DNA from: Paraspadella gotoi | Taxonomy: Eukaryota; Animalia; Chaetognatha | Direction of reading: 5' to 3' | Length of the DNA: 64,000 nt | Assembly (NCBI GenBank): GCA_051294375.1 | Contig: CM119270.1 | Coordinates: 15,935,649-15,999,648 of the forward strand | In this document: positions 12,431 to 33,415 of the stretch, one piece after another | Position numbering within the stretch: the first letter of the stretch is position 1 | Layout: each line of letters starts with the position of its first letter | Notes under the pieces: generated by a model | Databases searched by the model: none | Told to the model about the DNA's origin: nothing | What the model saw: the letters and a program-made list of their open reading frames with translations, nothing else | Program-made: the position numbers and the translations under genes

Positions 12431-13306
12431 GCTCGAATCGAACTCGGGTCGAAGGGTAAATTGGAAAGGGTCGATTTCGTGACGGGTTAAAATGTCCGTC
12501 GACGATCCTCAAAAAAAAAGAAGAAATTCTCTTTTTATTTTTAATATTTTCCAACTGAAAAAGCGATTGTTAATGAAAATAACTTCTTTTTTTTTTTTTT
12601 TTTGCTAAAAAGAAGAAAAAAACCCAGGGCCGAATTTTTTTCGGGAGATTGGAATGGGAAAAAAAAAATTCTGGTATGAAATCGTCAATTTTATTAAAGA
12701 AATGATTTGGAGAAACTAAGAGTCGGGTATTAAACTGGCGGAGGCGGGGGAGGAGAAAGAGGGGGGGAGGTGCTAAATGTGTGAAGAGAAAAAGGGAGAA
12801 AGGGAAAGAAGGGGAGGTGAGGAAGAAATTGAGAAAAAGAAAAGAAAAGAAAAGAAAAAGAAAAGAAAAAGAAAGAAAAGAAAAGAAAGAAAAGAAGAAA
12901 AGAAAAGAAAAGAAAAGAAAAAGAAAAGAAAAGACGAGAAGTGAAGAGAGGATAGAAGAGAAGAGAAGAGAAACAAGTAGAGAAGAGAAGGGAACAAAAG
13001 AGAAAAGAAAGGAAAAGAGAATAAAGATGGAGTAAAAGAGGAAAAGTCGAAAAAACGGAATGAGAAATGATTATTTTCATTTACTTGAGAAAAAAGTTTC
13101 TTCTGTGGTATATTTCCGTACCTCGTTCCACCATAACAATCGTTCACGACCTTTTCACAGTTAATTCGAAATGAGAAATTGCGGTATCTACGGTCGCGAC
13201 GGTATCACGGTATCACGGTATCGAATCTGCGCTTTGCGACGTAATTGATTTTTTTTTATTTTCCTCTTGTGTCCTTGACGTCGGTTGTCGATTCTAACCT
13301 TCCTTT

Positions 13307-13341
<35 letters not shown>

Positions 13342-13512
13342 GAAAGGGAAAGAAAAGAAAGAAAGAAAGATTAAGAACAAGACCAAATCAAGGAAAGAAA
13401 GAAAGAAAGACAAGATCAAGAAAGAAAAGCGGCTTACATACAAAGAGAGAGAGAAAGAAAAGAAGACAAAAAAAAGACAGAGAGAGTACAAATAAAAATT
13501 ACCTGTGGTAAC

Positions 13513-13684
13513 NNNNNNNNNNNNNNNNNNNNNNNNNNNNNNNNNNNNNNNNNNNNNNNNNNNNNNNNNNNNNNNNNNNNNNNNNNNNNNNNNNNNNNNN
13601 NNNNNNNNNNNNNNNNNNNNNNNNNNNNNNNNNNNNNNNNNNNNNNNNNNNNNNNNNNNNNNNNNNNNNNNNNNNNNNNNNNNN
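13513..13684. other. Assembly gap (172 N)
   Basis: N run. Confidence 1.
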
Positions 13685-13827
13685 AAAGTCAGACTGAAAG
13701 CAACAAACAAACAAACAAACCAACATAAAACAAACAAGGCAAGAGGCAAAGATAGCAAGCGCTCGGCCAATCAACGTGCAACCAAGCAGACGGACTCAAA
13801 ACGAATTTTCCCGATTCCCCGCTGCAG

Positions 13828-22319
<8,492 letters not shown>

Positions 22320-23654
22320 TGGACGCGGACGAAATAGACCCATAAACTCCCTTACTGCTACAGACCCAATTCGTAGAAAAACGAAACGAAGAAAACAAAA
22401 CAGTTGATGGTGCAGATAGCGAGAGTTGAAGGATTTCGAGTATAACAGCTCAACTCAAAAACAATTACGTATAGCTGATAACGAGCTGCCCAAAACAAAA
22501 AAATATTAACTAACAAACAAAAGATTTTCTATGAAAAACTTAACGTACGTCCACGGGGTCTCGGTTTTCATCATATTCTAATTTTTCGTCTTTTGTGGAT
22601 CAACTTCAATCTCCCTAATCCTCTTTTTTTTTCATTCGTAAAAAAATTGATAGGAAGAAAAATCAAAGGCCGACGCATGACGCTGTTTTGTACAATCGAC
22701 CCAAGATTCAATGTTCATCCCACCATTCCCTCCATTTCCCGTTCTCTTCAAAAACAAAAAATTAAAGTCGTGTTGTCAAATCGTTTTCCCTTCAGTTTCC
22801 CGCCCCGTTTATTTTATTCACTTGTAACAAAAATTCCTCAAAAAAATAAAAAAAGGCGCTACGTACGAAGTTTTCTTTTCTTTCGAATAAAAAAAAAAAA
22901 ATAAATATACATATAAAAAAACTGTGATAACGTGATTGTGATTTGAAATAAAATATATTATACCGCTACTGGGACTATCTTGATTTTTTTTATCGCCTAC
23001 GGAATCCGAGATTAGACATAAAACAGGCCGTGTGTTAAGACAGTCGATTTATTTTTTTTATCATACAAGGTTATTTACAATGGCATATGAATTCTCCAAT
23101 TCATCTTTTTACACACACACTCACACGCAATGAGGGATTTAATTTCAAATCCCTTGGCTAAGAAGACATAGAAAAATGCGTCGAAAACTTTCAAACCTTT
23201 GAAATAACGCTGTCCCTATTTTTTTAAGGTTGTTGCAAAAAGAGAGTTTGAAACGTTCACTAAATTAAAAAACCCCGCCTTAACTCTCCAAGTTAAAAAA
23301 AATTAAAAAATGAAACCGAAGGCGTTATTAATCAATAATACAGCAAGAAAAACAAAAAAAAAGACTATGTTTTTTTTTTATTTATTTTTTTAAATAAGTG
23401 GAATAAGCTGCTAGATAGTGATAGAGAGAAAAAGAGACCAAGGCTTCGCGCCGTGCGCTACAAAGAATCGATTATTACACGCTTTTATTTTGGACGAAAA
23501 AAATTAAAATAAAATAAGAAATAGCTTGAACTAAACAATGTTTCTTTTTTTGTGTGTGAACGAATAAATTTGGTCGATGGAGGAGAAAGAAAAGAGAGAG
23601 CGGGAAAAAGGAAAGGAGAAAATGGGCAGGGAGAAAGTCTGGCAGGAAAAGCGA

Positions 23655-23659
<5 letters not shown>

Positions 23660-23746
<87 letters not shown>
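23660..23746. repeat. (GA)n microsatellite in the CSNK1A1 3' UTR region
   Basis: Direct inspection. Confidence 0.95.
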
Positions 23747-23749
<3 letters not shown>

Positions 23750-23856
23750 CAGATGGGGCGAGAGTCGAGTTAAGGAAAGATAAAAGTGGGCGGGGAAAGG
23801 AGTAGGATCTTTTTAGTGGTGATTGTCAGATCCTTCGACTAAACGCTGCCTAACTT

Positions 23857-25413
23857 TCAACGGCCACCCTTAGTTCCGGCGGTGGCAACCTGGGCCCCAC
23901 TCGACGCGCCTGTCGCCTGGAGAGGACAAGTTCAAAAAACGAGTGAAAAATTATTTAAACGAATGAGCACGTACATACTTAACAATCCATAAATCGATAA
24001 TAAAAGAAACATTTCCCTGACACTTTCTCTCTCTAGACACTAGAGTCTCACTTGCGCGGCTGCTGCCTTTTGTTTCAACATGGTCCAATCGAAGGTGTAG
24101 TCGTATTGATGGTTGAGGGTGCGGAAGAGGATGCGGAAAAGCTGGCGCAAGTACATGTAGTCGGGCGCCTCTTCGAACCGAAGCCCGCGACAGTAGTTCA
24201 GGTACATGGCGAACTCGGCGGGGTAACCCTGTAGGGAATTAGAGAATGGTATGTTCACGATAGTCGGTCGGATCATATGAATATCACTCCCTCACCCACC
24301 TTGCATAGAACTTCTATGGGAGTGGACATTTTCTTCTCGCTGATTTTCTCGTACTTTTGCTTCTTTGTGGCCGCCTTCAGGCCTTGCCAAGGCAGGGAGG
24401 TTTTGTTGAAATACATGAGAACGTAACCCAAACTCTCCATGTCATCCCTGAAGAAAGAGTGGTGATTCAAAGGTGACTTTAAATAACTAACTAAAAGACA
24501 GGCGGGAATCTGGCGGGATCCGCTAACCTTCGGCTTTGCTCGATCCCGAGGTGAGCGTTGATCGAAGCGTATCGAGCCGTTCCCGTCAGGTTTTTATCCT
24601 CTCGGTAGGGGATGTGTTGCCCGGTTCGGTGGTCACGATACTTTTTAGCAAGGCCGAAGTCAATGATGAACACCTGATCATAAAAAGGCACGAGGCTGGG
24701 TTGATAATGTCGCAGAAAAAGAGGCGGGAGGTTAATTACTAAAACTGAGCGAGGCTAAAAACGACGACCGTACCTTGTTGCAGTGTCTCCCGATACCCAT
24801 GAGAAAATTGTCCGGCTTAATGTCCCGATGGATGAAGTTCTTGTTGTGAACGTATTCGATTCGACCAATCATCTGATCGGCCAACATCAACACTGAAAGA
24901 AAATTGGATTGAAGTCGAATAAGGCAAGATTGTTGGTAAGACCAAGGACATGGCTAGCTGTCTGTTCCACTGTCTTCGCTTTCTATCCTCACCTGTTTTC
25001 ATGGTGAAGCGGCGTGAGCAGAAATTGAAGAGGTCTTCGAGCGACGGACCGAGGAGATCCATGACGAGGACGTTGTAGTCCTTCTCCTGGCCGAACCAGC
25101 GGATGTGGGGGATGCCGACGCCGCCCTGGAGGATCTTGTACAGTTTGGACTCATAGAGAAGCTGAGGGTGACGGGCCTTGTGGGACTCCAGCTTGACGGC
25201 CACTTCCTCGCCATTGGTGATGTTGATGCCTGTTTAGGCGGGTTTTTATTATGTTTGGCTTAAATTACATGAACTTAATATTACCAAGTCGATAAAAATC
25301 GATAATTTACCCAGATAAATGTCGCCGAAGGATCCGCTGCCAATTTTTCTTACGAGCCTGTACTTTCCCCCAACGTGGAATTCCGCCTTCGAAGATCCGC
25401 TCGTGCTCGTCAT
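23857..25413 (-). CDS. CSNK1A1: Casein kinase I alpha (multi-exon)
   Basis: [93 protein letters not shown] and [15 protein letters not shown]. Last exon 23916-23857. Confidence 0.97.
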
Positions 25414-26179
25414 TGTGGAGGCGGTCGTGGAAACAGAGGGCTACCATGGCGGGAAGAAGAAAGGTTTAGCTTCTTTGACGCCATTACGGACATTTCTTTT
25501 CCCCCCCCTTTTGTTTTTATTTATGTCACTTTTTCCGCGAAATTCTCATTCTCCGAAAGATATCCCACGGAACTTAAAAACATTCGCGTGCAACGGCCAA
25601 AAATCAAAGCCTCTCTCATTTCAAGCGTAGTGAAAATCACACTTCACCTGAATCAAGGGACTGGCCCAATGCCAGGAGTTATCATCGAGAACGTTCCTTG
25701 GTCCGCTCCGCTATCAGATATCTATATTTTCGCAATTAAAATTTTCACTAAGAAAAAACGATAGTTGACATTTTCGTGAAACGAGTTGCGCGAAATTAAG
25801 ATATGAACCAGGAAATCCCAAGAAACCGATTTAAGTCCATCGGCTCGACGAAGCGTAAAGGGAATTTCTAAGGTCGTGCGTGACACATTTCGTCCCCGAT
25901 CAAGTGATTAAATTTTAAAACACGGATAAAACAACTGACCGGTTAATTTTCTTTGAGTAAATTGAAAAAAAAAAAAAAAATTGCCATGAATTTCCTAGGG
26001 AAGAAAATACGGGTTGAGTGCTAGACGGAGGCAGGGATTAATCCGTGTCAATCACGAAGGGTTTATGAATAGAAACCGTTTCGACATGTAAAGGGAACAA
26101 ATCAGTGCGCGACCCCGACTCACCAAATGTCGAAACTGAGAACAAAGCGACGTAGTATTTATGCAAATATAAAAACATG

Positions 26180-27083
26180 TCATTTAATGTATTTGTCCAT
26201 AAACTTTTTGTGAAATTCCGATCGCAGGGAGTCGTTGATAAACTCCTTTTTATTTTTGTCAAAGTTTTTGGCGCAGTTTTTGAAGACGACGTCGTCGTCC
26301 CACCGCCTCGCCACCTTGAAGTTAGAGGCGGCGGCGTTGGCGCCTTTGTTGAGGAGCGGGTTGCCGTGGAGGATGTTCTCGGTACGGATGCGTTCCTGCT
26401 CCACCCGCTCTTCCTCTTCTGCCTTGGCCCGCTCCTGTTGTCGCTCCTTCTTAATGCGTTGAAGCTCCGCCATGAGTTCGGCGGTGTCGTCGTCATCACT
26501 CTCCTCCTCCTCGTCATCTTCGTCGTCGTCGTCGACGGGGTCGTCAGCGTCCAGATTGACGGTAGAGACGCCACCGCCTCCTGCGCCGCCGCTGGAAGAA
26601 CCCTCGAGTCGTGGGCGCTTGGAGCTAGAGCTGGAGGTGGAAGGGAGGCTGGCTGACGCTGAAACTGAAGATTGGGAAAGAGCAGTTAATTCCGCTAACG
26701 GAAATTTAAAATTCACAATTAAAAATTTAGAATTAATCTTTAACGGTAACTTTCTCGTCACATTACTATAGTTTTATCGTGCTTTCAAAATTAAACTATT
26801 TTAAAACAGATCAAGAAGGATTTCTTCAAATCGAATTCTCACCGGGTTCTCGCGAGGCGCCCTTCTTCTCCTTGGCCTGCCTCTCGCGATCCTCCAACTC
26901 TTTGCGGAAGTCCCGGTCGCGGTTCTCCTCGGCGGTGCCCTGCCCCGATTGACGGTGCTTAAGTTTAGTGTGGGAAGGCAGATCACGGGCCGAGTACTGC
27001 TTCGACATGGCGCTGAGGTCGCCCTCGCCCTTGCCGCGCCCGCCTCGGGCCGGCTCGAAGGTGGGGCGAGCCGCTGTCGTCAT
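26180..27083 (-). CDS. CWC15: Spliceosome-associated protein CWC15 (2 exons)
   Basis: [31 protein letters not shown] and [34 protein letters not shown]. Confidence 0.97.
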
Positions 27084-27590
27084 GTTTCAGACGATTGGAG
27101 GAAAAGCGGTCAGAAGAGTCGGTCGATCAACAAAAATCACAATAACTTTATCTGGAGAATAATTCGGAGGAGTAAACAAAATATATAGGAAGTTAAATAA
27201 ATACAAACAGTTAACGTAACAAATATCTTCGTGGATCAACAATGAAAGGAATGTTTAATGGCGAATCGCGAGAAACTACTGAAAAAAGCCCATCAGGCAC
27301 AAAAACTAAAAACCCGGCGAAAGTTTGTTATTCAGGTCAAGAACTGCCATCTATATTTTTTTCTGTTTATCTCTGAGGCGATCGAATCGAGTCTTGACGC
27401 CTGATCTGACCTTTCGTGTTTCGATCGATTTCGCTTTGTTTTTTGTTTTTGTTTTTTTTTCCTTCCTTTTTTCTCTTTTTCAGATTTTACTTTAGTGTAG
27501 TTAAGCCACAGTTTGCACGCGATTCTTACTTAACGAACAGGGCCGTCGACTTTTTTATTACCTCCCCCCCCCCACCAAAAAAAGAACGTG

Positions 27591-28740
27591 TCAGTCGTCG
27601 TCATCCAAACCGCCGAGTTCGTCTTCGTCGCCGCCAATAGCTCGCCAGAACGCCATCGTCACCCGCTCCGCGAAGACCTTTCGCTCTTCGAACGGAAGGT
27701 TTTGAGACTGGTCTGTTTTTGGAGGGAAAGGGGAAAAACGAAAAGATGTAAGTGAACTACTTTTTTTACCAGTTATTTCAAATTTTAATAGGGATTATCT
27801 CATTTGTAACCCTCCAAGTCAGCAAAAAAAAAGTTTAATAAACATTTATGACATTCGACCCATAATAAGATCTAAGATTCTACTTCCGTTCACGCAACCG
27901 TCGCTTCGTACTTTTAAGCTGCGCCATCTGATTGAAGAGTCGTTCGAAAGATTCTTCGTCGTCTCCGTCTCCTGCTTCTCCCGTCAGATTAAGATTTTCG
28001 AAGATCTCCTTGAGACGATCGTCTTCTCCGACATCGCGACGCCGGCTCTCGTCATCATTCTCGACAACGTCGTCCCCATCGCCTTCGGGCGCCGCCTCCG
28101 CCGGCGTCCTTTCTCCCGTCGCCTCAGATCGATTTTCCTTCATCTCGAGATTGGACCACGTGTGGGCGTGGAGGGCGGCGACGAGTCGCGGGACGCCGAA
28201 CTCGCCGGAGGAGAACGGGCGACCAATGTCGTCGTCGTCTTCTTCCTCTTCTTCTTCCTCCTCCCTCTCCTCGTCGAGTTCGATGAGTTCAAACTGATTG
28301 TCGATGCACCAACCTACGGCGTCGGCTCGAGATACGGAGCCGACGCCACCATCGTCGCCGCACTTTTCGCAGACCAAAATTCTGACTAGAGGAGAGAACC
28401 GATCCACGAATGGCACCCAATGTTTGACGAGGTCGAAGGAAGCCGACGATTCGGCGTCGAAGCAGAGGGCTAGCGCTTCTACGCGATCGGAGAGGCGTTC
28501 GTCGAGAGTGGGATTGGCCTCGCCCGGCAGCAGCGGAGCGGGCACGACGACAACTTCGACGTCGGCCGTGTAGTATTTGTTGGCGAGGGTCCAATCGTAG
28601 GAGCGAGAGTTGGCTCGATCGACGCGAGATTGGGGCGAGGGTTGGGGGAGAACGTCTAGAACGAGGGTGGAAGGGTCGGCGCGAGAGGCGGAAGCTTCGG
28701 CGAGACAGTTGACAAATAGAGCCACCGGAGTCGGCGCCAT
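27591..28740 (-). CDS. AAGAB: Alpha- and gamma-adaptin-binding protein p34 (exons 28740-27912 and 27712-27591)
   Basis: WTLANKYYTADV, WCIDNQFELIEL, GVPRLVAALHAHTWSNLEMK, ESFERLF and LPFEERKVFAERVTMAFWRAIGGDEDE. Confidence 0.93.
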
Positions 28741-29507
28741 CTTTCCTTTGCACCGATACCAAGTTCTTTTTCCCCGACGTCAAGTTTCGCCAACGAAGAT
28801 AGGAGATCTGAATTGAGTTTTATATCATGAATGAAATGTACCATGGGAGGAACCACAACAGGAACAAAAATTTGTCGTCTTAAAAAGATTTCAAGGGTAA
28901 CCCTCGTATAAATCACGCAATTCATTATGGAAACATGACTAGACCAAGGCCTATTGGATTTTTTTTAAGAATGGCGACTTAAAAATCAGAAATATCAACC
29001 CTACCCGACAACTCAGCGAAAATGAAAAGGAAAATGTAGACTACGTAAAAAGAATTTGATGGGGCGCAGTGAGTGTATAGTTTGAAGTAGAAAAAAATAT
29101 ATTTTTTTCAAAAACTATGGAATGGCCCTTAATTGAAAAAAGATACAAACCTAAACGTTGCTTAAAGATATTCTGCTAGCCTCGTTTGACCGTTTCTGCG
29201 CGACAATAACATGATTATGTGGGGGAAAAACGAACAAATTACTCCTCGATAAACTGACAGTTGTTAACAAATTTACTTCGACGGCCGCTTGCAATAATTA
29301 TAATTCTATATAATCCGCGACAACTAAAAAATAATAAAAAAAAAACAAAAAAAAAACGGGCAGTAAAGGTGGCTGCTGGATCAACAAGTAAGGCTAATCT
29401 TTCTGAAAATAGAAAAAAGAGGGGTCTAAAATTGGTCTGCACGTTAAACCACAATGTAAAATTGGAGAGTGAAAAGGAAAAAAAAAGTAAAAGTGCAGAA
29501 TTACGAT

Positions 29508-32500
29508 TTAATTCAAGTCCTTATCTTCGAGGAAACGATACTCAAAGGTAAACCCCTCCTTTTTCCTTTGTCCCCACTTCTCGTAATCGAAGTAGATGTA
29601 AGTCCCTTGCTCGTATTCGTCGGTTATCGTTTTGGGTTCTTCGTGGCGTTGGAACCACATCATGTACTTGGTGTGGAACCGCCAGCTTTGTTTCTTCAGC
29701 GCCTTCGCCGCTAGATATTGCGCTTTCGTTCCCTCCATGTAATAGAAGATGAAGAAGAGGGTTTCTGTGGAGAGTCGCTGGAAAAAGTCCACCGTGTCGT
29801 TAAGCGGCGGAGGGACCTGCGGATAGTATGCCGGCGTCTGGCAGACGTTTCGCGGCAGGTAGACGCGTAGCCGCTCCGAATCCGACGGATGCGGGATGTG
29901 CTGGGAGGCGGCCTCTAGCATCGGGAGCTGGTAGAGGTTTTCCTTGCTAAGAGGCGCCTGACCCAGGGGAGCGACTCCGAAAATTGGCGCGATATGCGTC
30001 TCGCCCACGTGACCTTCTTTTTGATGAGGAAACTGACTCTGCGACGACTGATTGTGAAGCAGGCCGAGTTGAGGATGGCTCAGCGGAGATGTCGACCCCG
30101 TTTCGCCCCAGGTCGTGGAGAGAGACTTTCCGTCCTCGGGTCCCTTGAACCCCGGAATCTCCTGAAGGTTAGAACTGACGACCTGTTGCGCGATGGATTT
30201 CAACGTGGCCGTCGTCATGGGATCCTCGGGATGTTGAGCCGCGCCTCCTTTCGACATTTGTTGGGACGCGGAATCGTAGATCTGACAAATATAACATTTT
30301 TAAAGTATAATTGTCTTAATTTGGGGGAAAAAAAAACGCCACTGACATTTAGGCTGCCGTTCAATAAACTTTTTTGGGATCTTGTATTTGGAAAACATAT
30401 TGGGTTGAAGGAATTCATTGTTTTTGAGAAGAAAAAAATTTTGTTGCAAAACAAAGCGACTGTGAGGACCACAAGTAAAAAAGGAGAGGGATTGAATGAA
30501 GACCGGCTTGCCTTTGTAAAAATCCGTTTTTCATGACTTGTATAAGGGGAAGAGTCAAACCTCTTTGGTATCAACTGACTTGTTAAGGTCATTTCCTCTT
30601 TGGTCATTTTTACTCTTCCTCTTCTTCTCGATATCTCTCTCTCTTTCTCTCTCTCTCTTTCTCTCTCTCTCTCTCACTCTCTCACTCTCTCTCACTCTCA
30701 AACTTTGTTTGTTTAGGAAGAATATTGTTTTTCTCTCTTGCCACTGAAGATGACATAAAAACTATTTAATTTTTGTCGTTTGATACAATTTTATTAGGGA
30801 TAAAGAAGGGAGCTAAATTATTATTAAAATAATCGATTACAAATTTTAAACAATTCAATTTATAATTAACCACAACTTTGCTCTTAGCAAGTCCACGCGT
30901 ATTTGTTTAATTTTATTTTTTATATTCGCAAAGAACTCGTTAATAATGCTGGTCAGTAATTTTTCCCTCTCGCTATAACTCACCGCTCTCGAGGGCAGCC
31001 CCGACGATGATGTGACCACCGCATCTGACTTCGATACGACGGACGCCGCGACTGGCGCCGTTCCGTGAAGGTGCGGATGATGTCCGCCCGACGTCGTGAC
31101 GGCGCCGAGCGCCGGTGACGGGGACGAGGACGAGAACGGCGTTTTTGCTGAGACGGGTTGCGACGGCGTGGGACCCCGCGGCACTTGCGGCGAGGGCGAC
31201 ATCGCGGCCGAAAATCCGCCGCTGCCGCCGCCCGCCGACCCTGAGGAGTCGATGCTCGACGCGCTGTTGGGCGGCTGGGGTCGCCCCTTGTCGTTAACGC
31301 CCGCGGCGGCGGATTTCTGCTGGTGCTGTTGTTGCATCGCCGTGTTGGACGAGCCTCCGGAGACGCTGGAGACGGCGGAGACTTGAGAGGACGCAGATCC
31401 TGGTCTTAACGGTTGATGAGGGCCTGTGGACGAGTTGGTTGATGGCGCCGGCGAGGCCTGACTCCCCGTCGTAGATTCCGAGTTTAAGTGCGCCGCGGAG
31501 GAGGATGCGAGTTCGGTCGGAAACGAGGACGAAGACGAGGCCGGCTCCTTGTGCTGTCCCGACGCGGCGCCGGCGGCGACTGCGGCGTGGGAAATGCCGG
31601 AACTCGGCTGCTGCGACGCCGCCGCCGCGGAATACGAGGAGGCGTGGTGAGAGGACGGCGGTGTTGCGTTCGGCGGAAATCTTCCCTGCTCGTTGGGATT
31701 CGGCGAAGACCGAGGAAAAGTCTTGGTCGGCGTCGTCGGAGCCCCAGTCAACGGGTTGATGGGGCCTTTGGCGGAGGTCGGCCCCGACGGCGACGTCAAC
31801 GTCGGCAACGTCGAAGCGCCCATAGTCAAAGGAAGCCCTTTCCCCCCGGCGCTGCCCTGACCGCTCCCACTGGCCTTCCGTTGCGGACCCTTGGACGAGG
31901 AACTCCGTTCCGCGTCGGGCAAGGAATTTTGAGATTTATGCCTTGTGCGTTCCAAGTCTTCCTTGGAATGGTTGGAGTTGATGCCCGGGCTGTGCGGGAC
32001 CGGCGAGCTAGAATTGGTCGACGGCAGGCTGGTGCCCTTGGCGTCGGCGGCAGATGTACCCCCTCCGCCGCCACTTACCCCGTGGTGGGGCCCGTCGTCC
32101 GAAGTGTGGGAACCCACGTCGCCGTGCTGCGAGCCTCCGTCCTCGCTCACGCTTCCGCTCTCTTTGTCCCGCACGGGAAACGTAGTCACCGGCTGGGAAT
32201 TGACGACGGCTTCCAAACCGTCGAGATCCAGATCGTCGTAGACGTAGTTGTTCTCCTCGAAATCGGGCTCTTGATTGGAATCGACGTAGTACTCGACGTC
32301 GTCGTAGATCTTCTTAATGGCCTCGGTGTCCACGGCGTCGTTGTCGAGCAGCCGCATGACCGTCTCCAACTTTCTCACGTGGAACCGGTGCTTCTCTACC
32401 CACTCTCGCTTCTCGTCAGCCTTGTCGACGATATCTTTGGCCAGTTTCTTCTTTTTCTGCGGACCCCCGGTGAGGGATTCGATCTCGCTCTCCAGGGAAT

Positions 32501-32918
32501 CCACTTGCAGATTGAGAGCCTCGATGTTTTGAGAGAGCCAGAGATTGGCCTCTTCTCGCTCTTGTTGCTTGGGATCCACCTTTTGCGTGGCCCCGAGCCC
32601 GTCTTTGGAGTAGGCCTTCGTTTTGGTCTCCCGCTCGACCACCTTGAATCGCTCCATCTGCGTCTCGATGAGCTTGCGATTCTCCAACAGGACGCGTTTG
32701 TCTTTGACCTCGTTCGACTGCAGCCATGTTTTGATGTTGTCGCGTAACCGCTGCAACTTTTTAATCTCCTTTTTGAGATCCGCCTCGTACTTTTCCTTTT
32801 GGTTAGCGTTAGAGGCTTGGTGAACTTTTTGCCAAATGTCTTCAAAGGTTTCCACGCCCTCTTGCACTTTCTTCAAGCAACGGTCGATTTCTCCTTGGAG
32901 TTTTCGTTTATCCGCCAT
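29508..32918 (-). CDS. CNOT3: CCR4-NOT subunit 3 (exons 32918-30984 and 30281-29508)
   Basis: N-terminal [32 protein letters not shown]-terminal NOT box [40 protein letters not shown]. Confidence 0.97.
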
Positions 32919-33415
32919 CACTTTTTTGCTAGAGATAGTTTTTGTAGCTCATCCCAACTGCAGTAACTGTCAGGAAAGTCGAGAAAAGAAATCGTTAAGA
33001 CACGTATCCTTTTTTAAATTAATTCCTTTATTTTTAACAGGGAAGGGTGAAATGGATGTTAACGATAGAATAATAATTGAATTTTAAAATTGATTCAATG
33101 ACCTCTTTCCACAACCAGCTACTAAGACGCGCCATTATGAGTGATGTTTAATAAACATCACGTGTTCAAAAATGAAAAACAATCGAAATATGCAATTTTG
33201 ACTAGATAACAGAAACGCTTTCATAAGCTGTCAGGCACATGCAAGGCCCAAAAGGGGAGAACCAATTACAAAATAATTTTAAAATTATTTTCGCGGGCTC
33301 CCAGCGCCCGTCTTTCCCCGAATATTAAAATAAAAAATTAAAATGAACATTTCTCAAAAATCGTTTATATTTCTATTTTTGCACGAATTATTTTAACTTA
33401 AACCTTCAAAATAAT

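Noticed and set aside
31488-32747. 419-aa + strand ORF, and similar ORFs at 33806-34690 and 35450-36226
   Set aside because: They are antisense shadows of GC3-rich CNOT3 and EXOC6 coding sequence with no recognisable domain.
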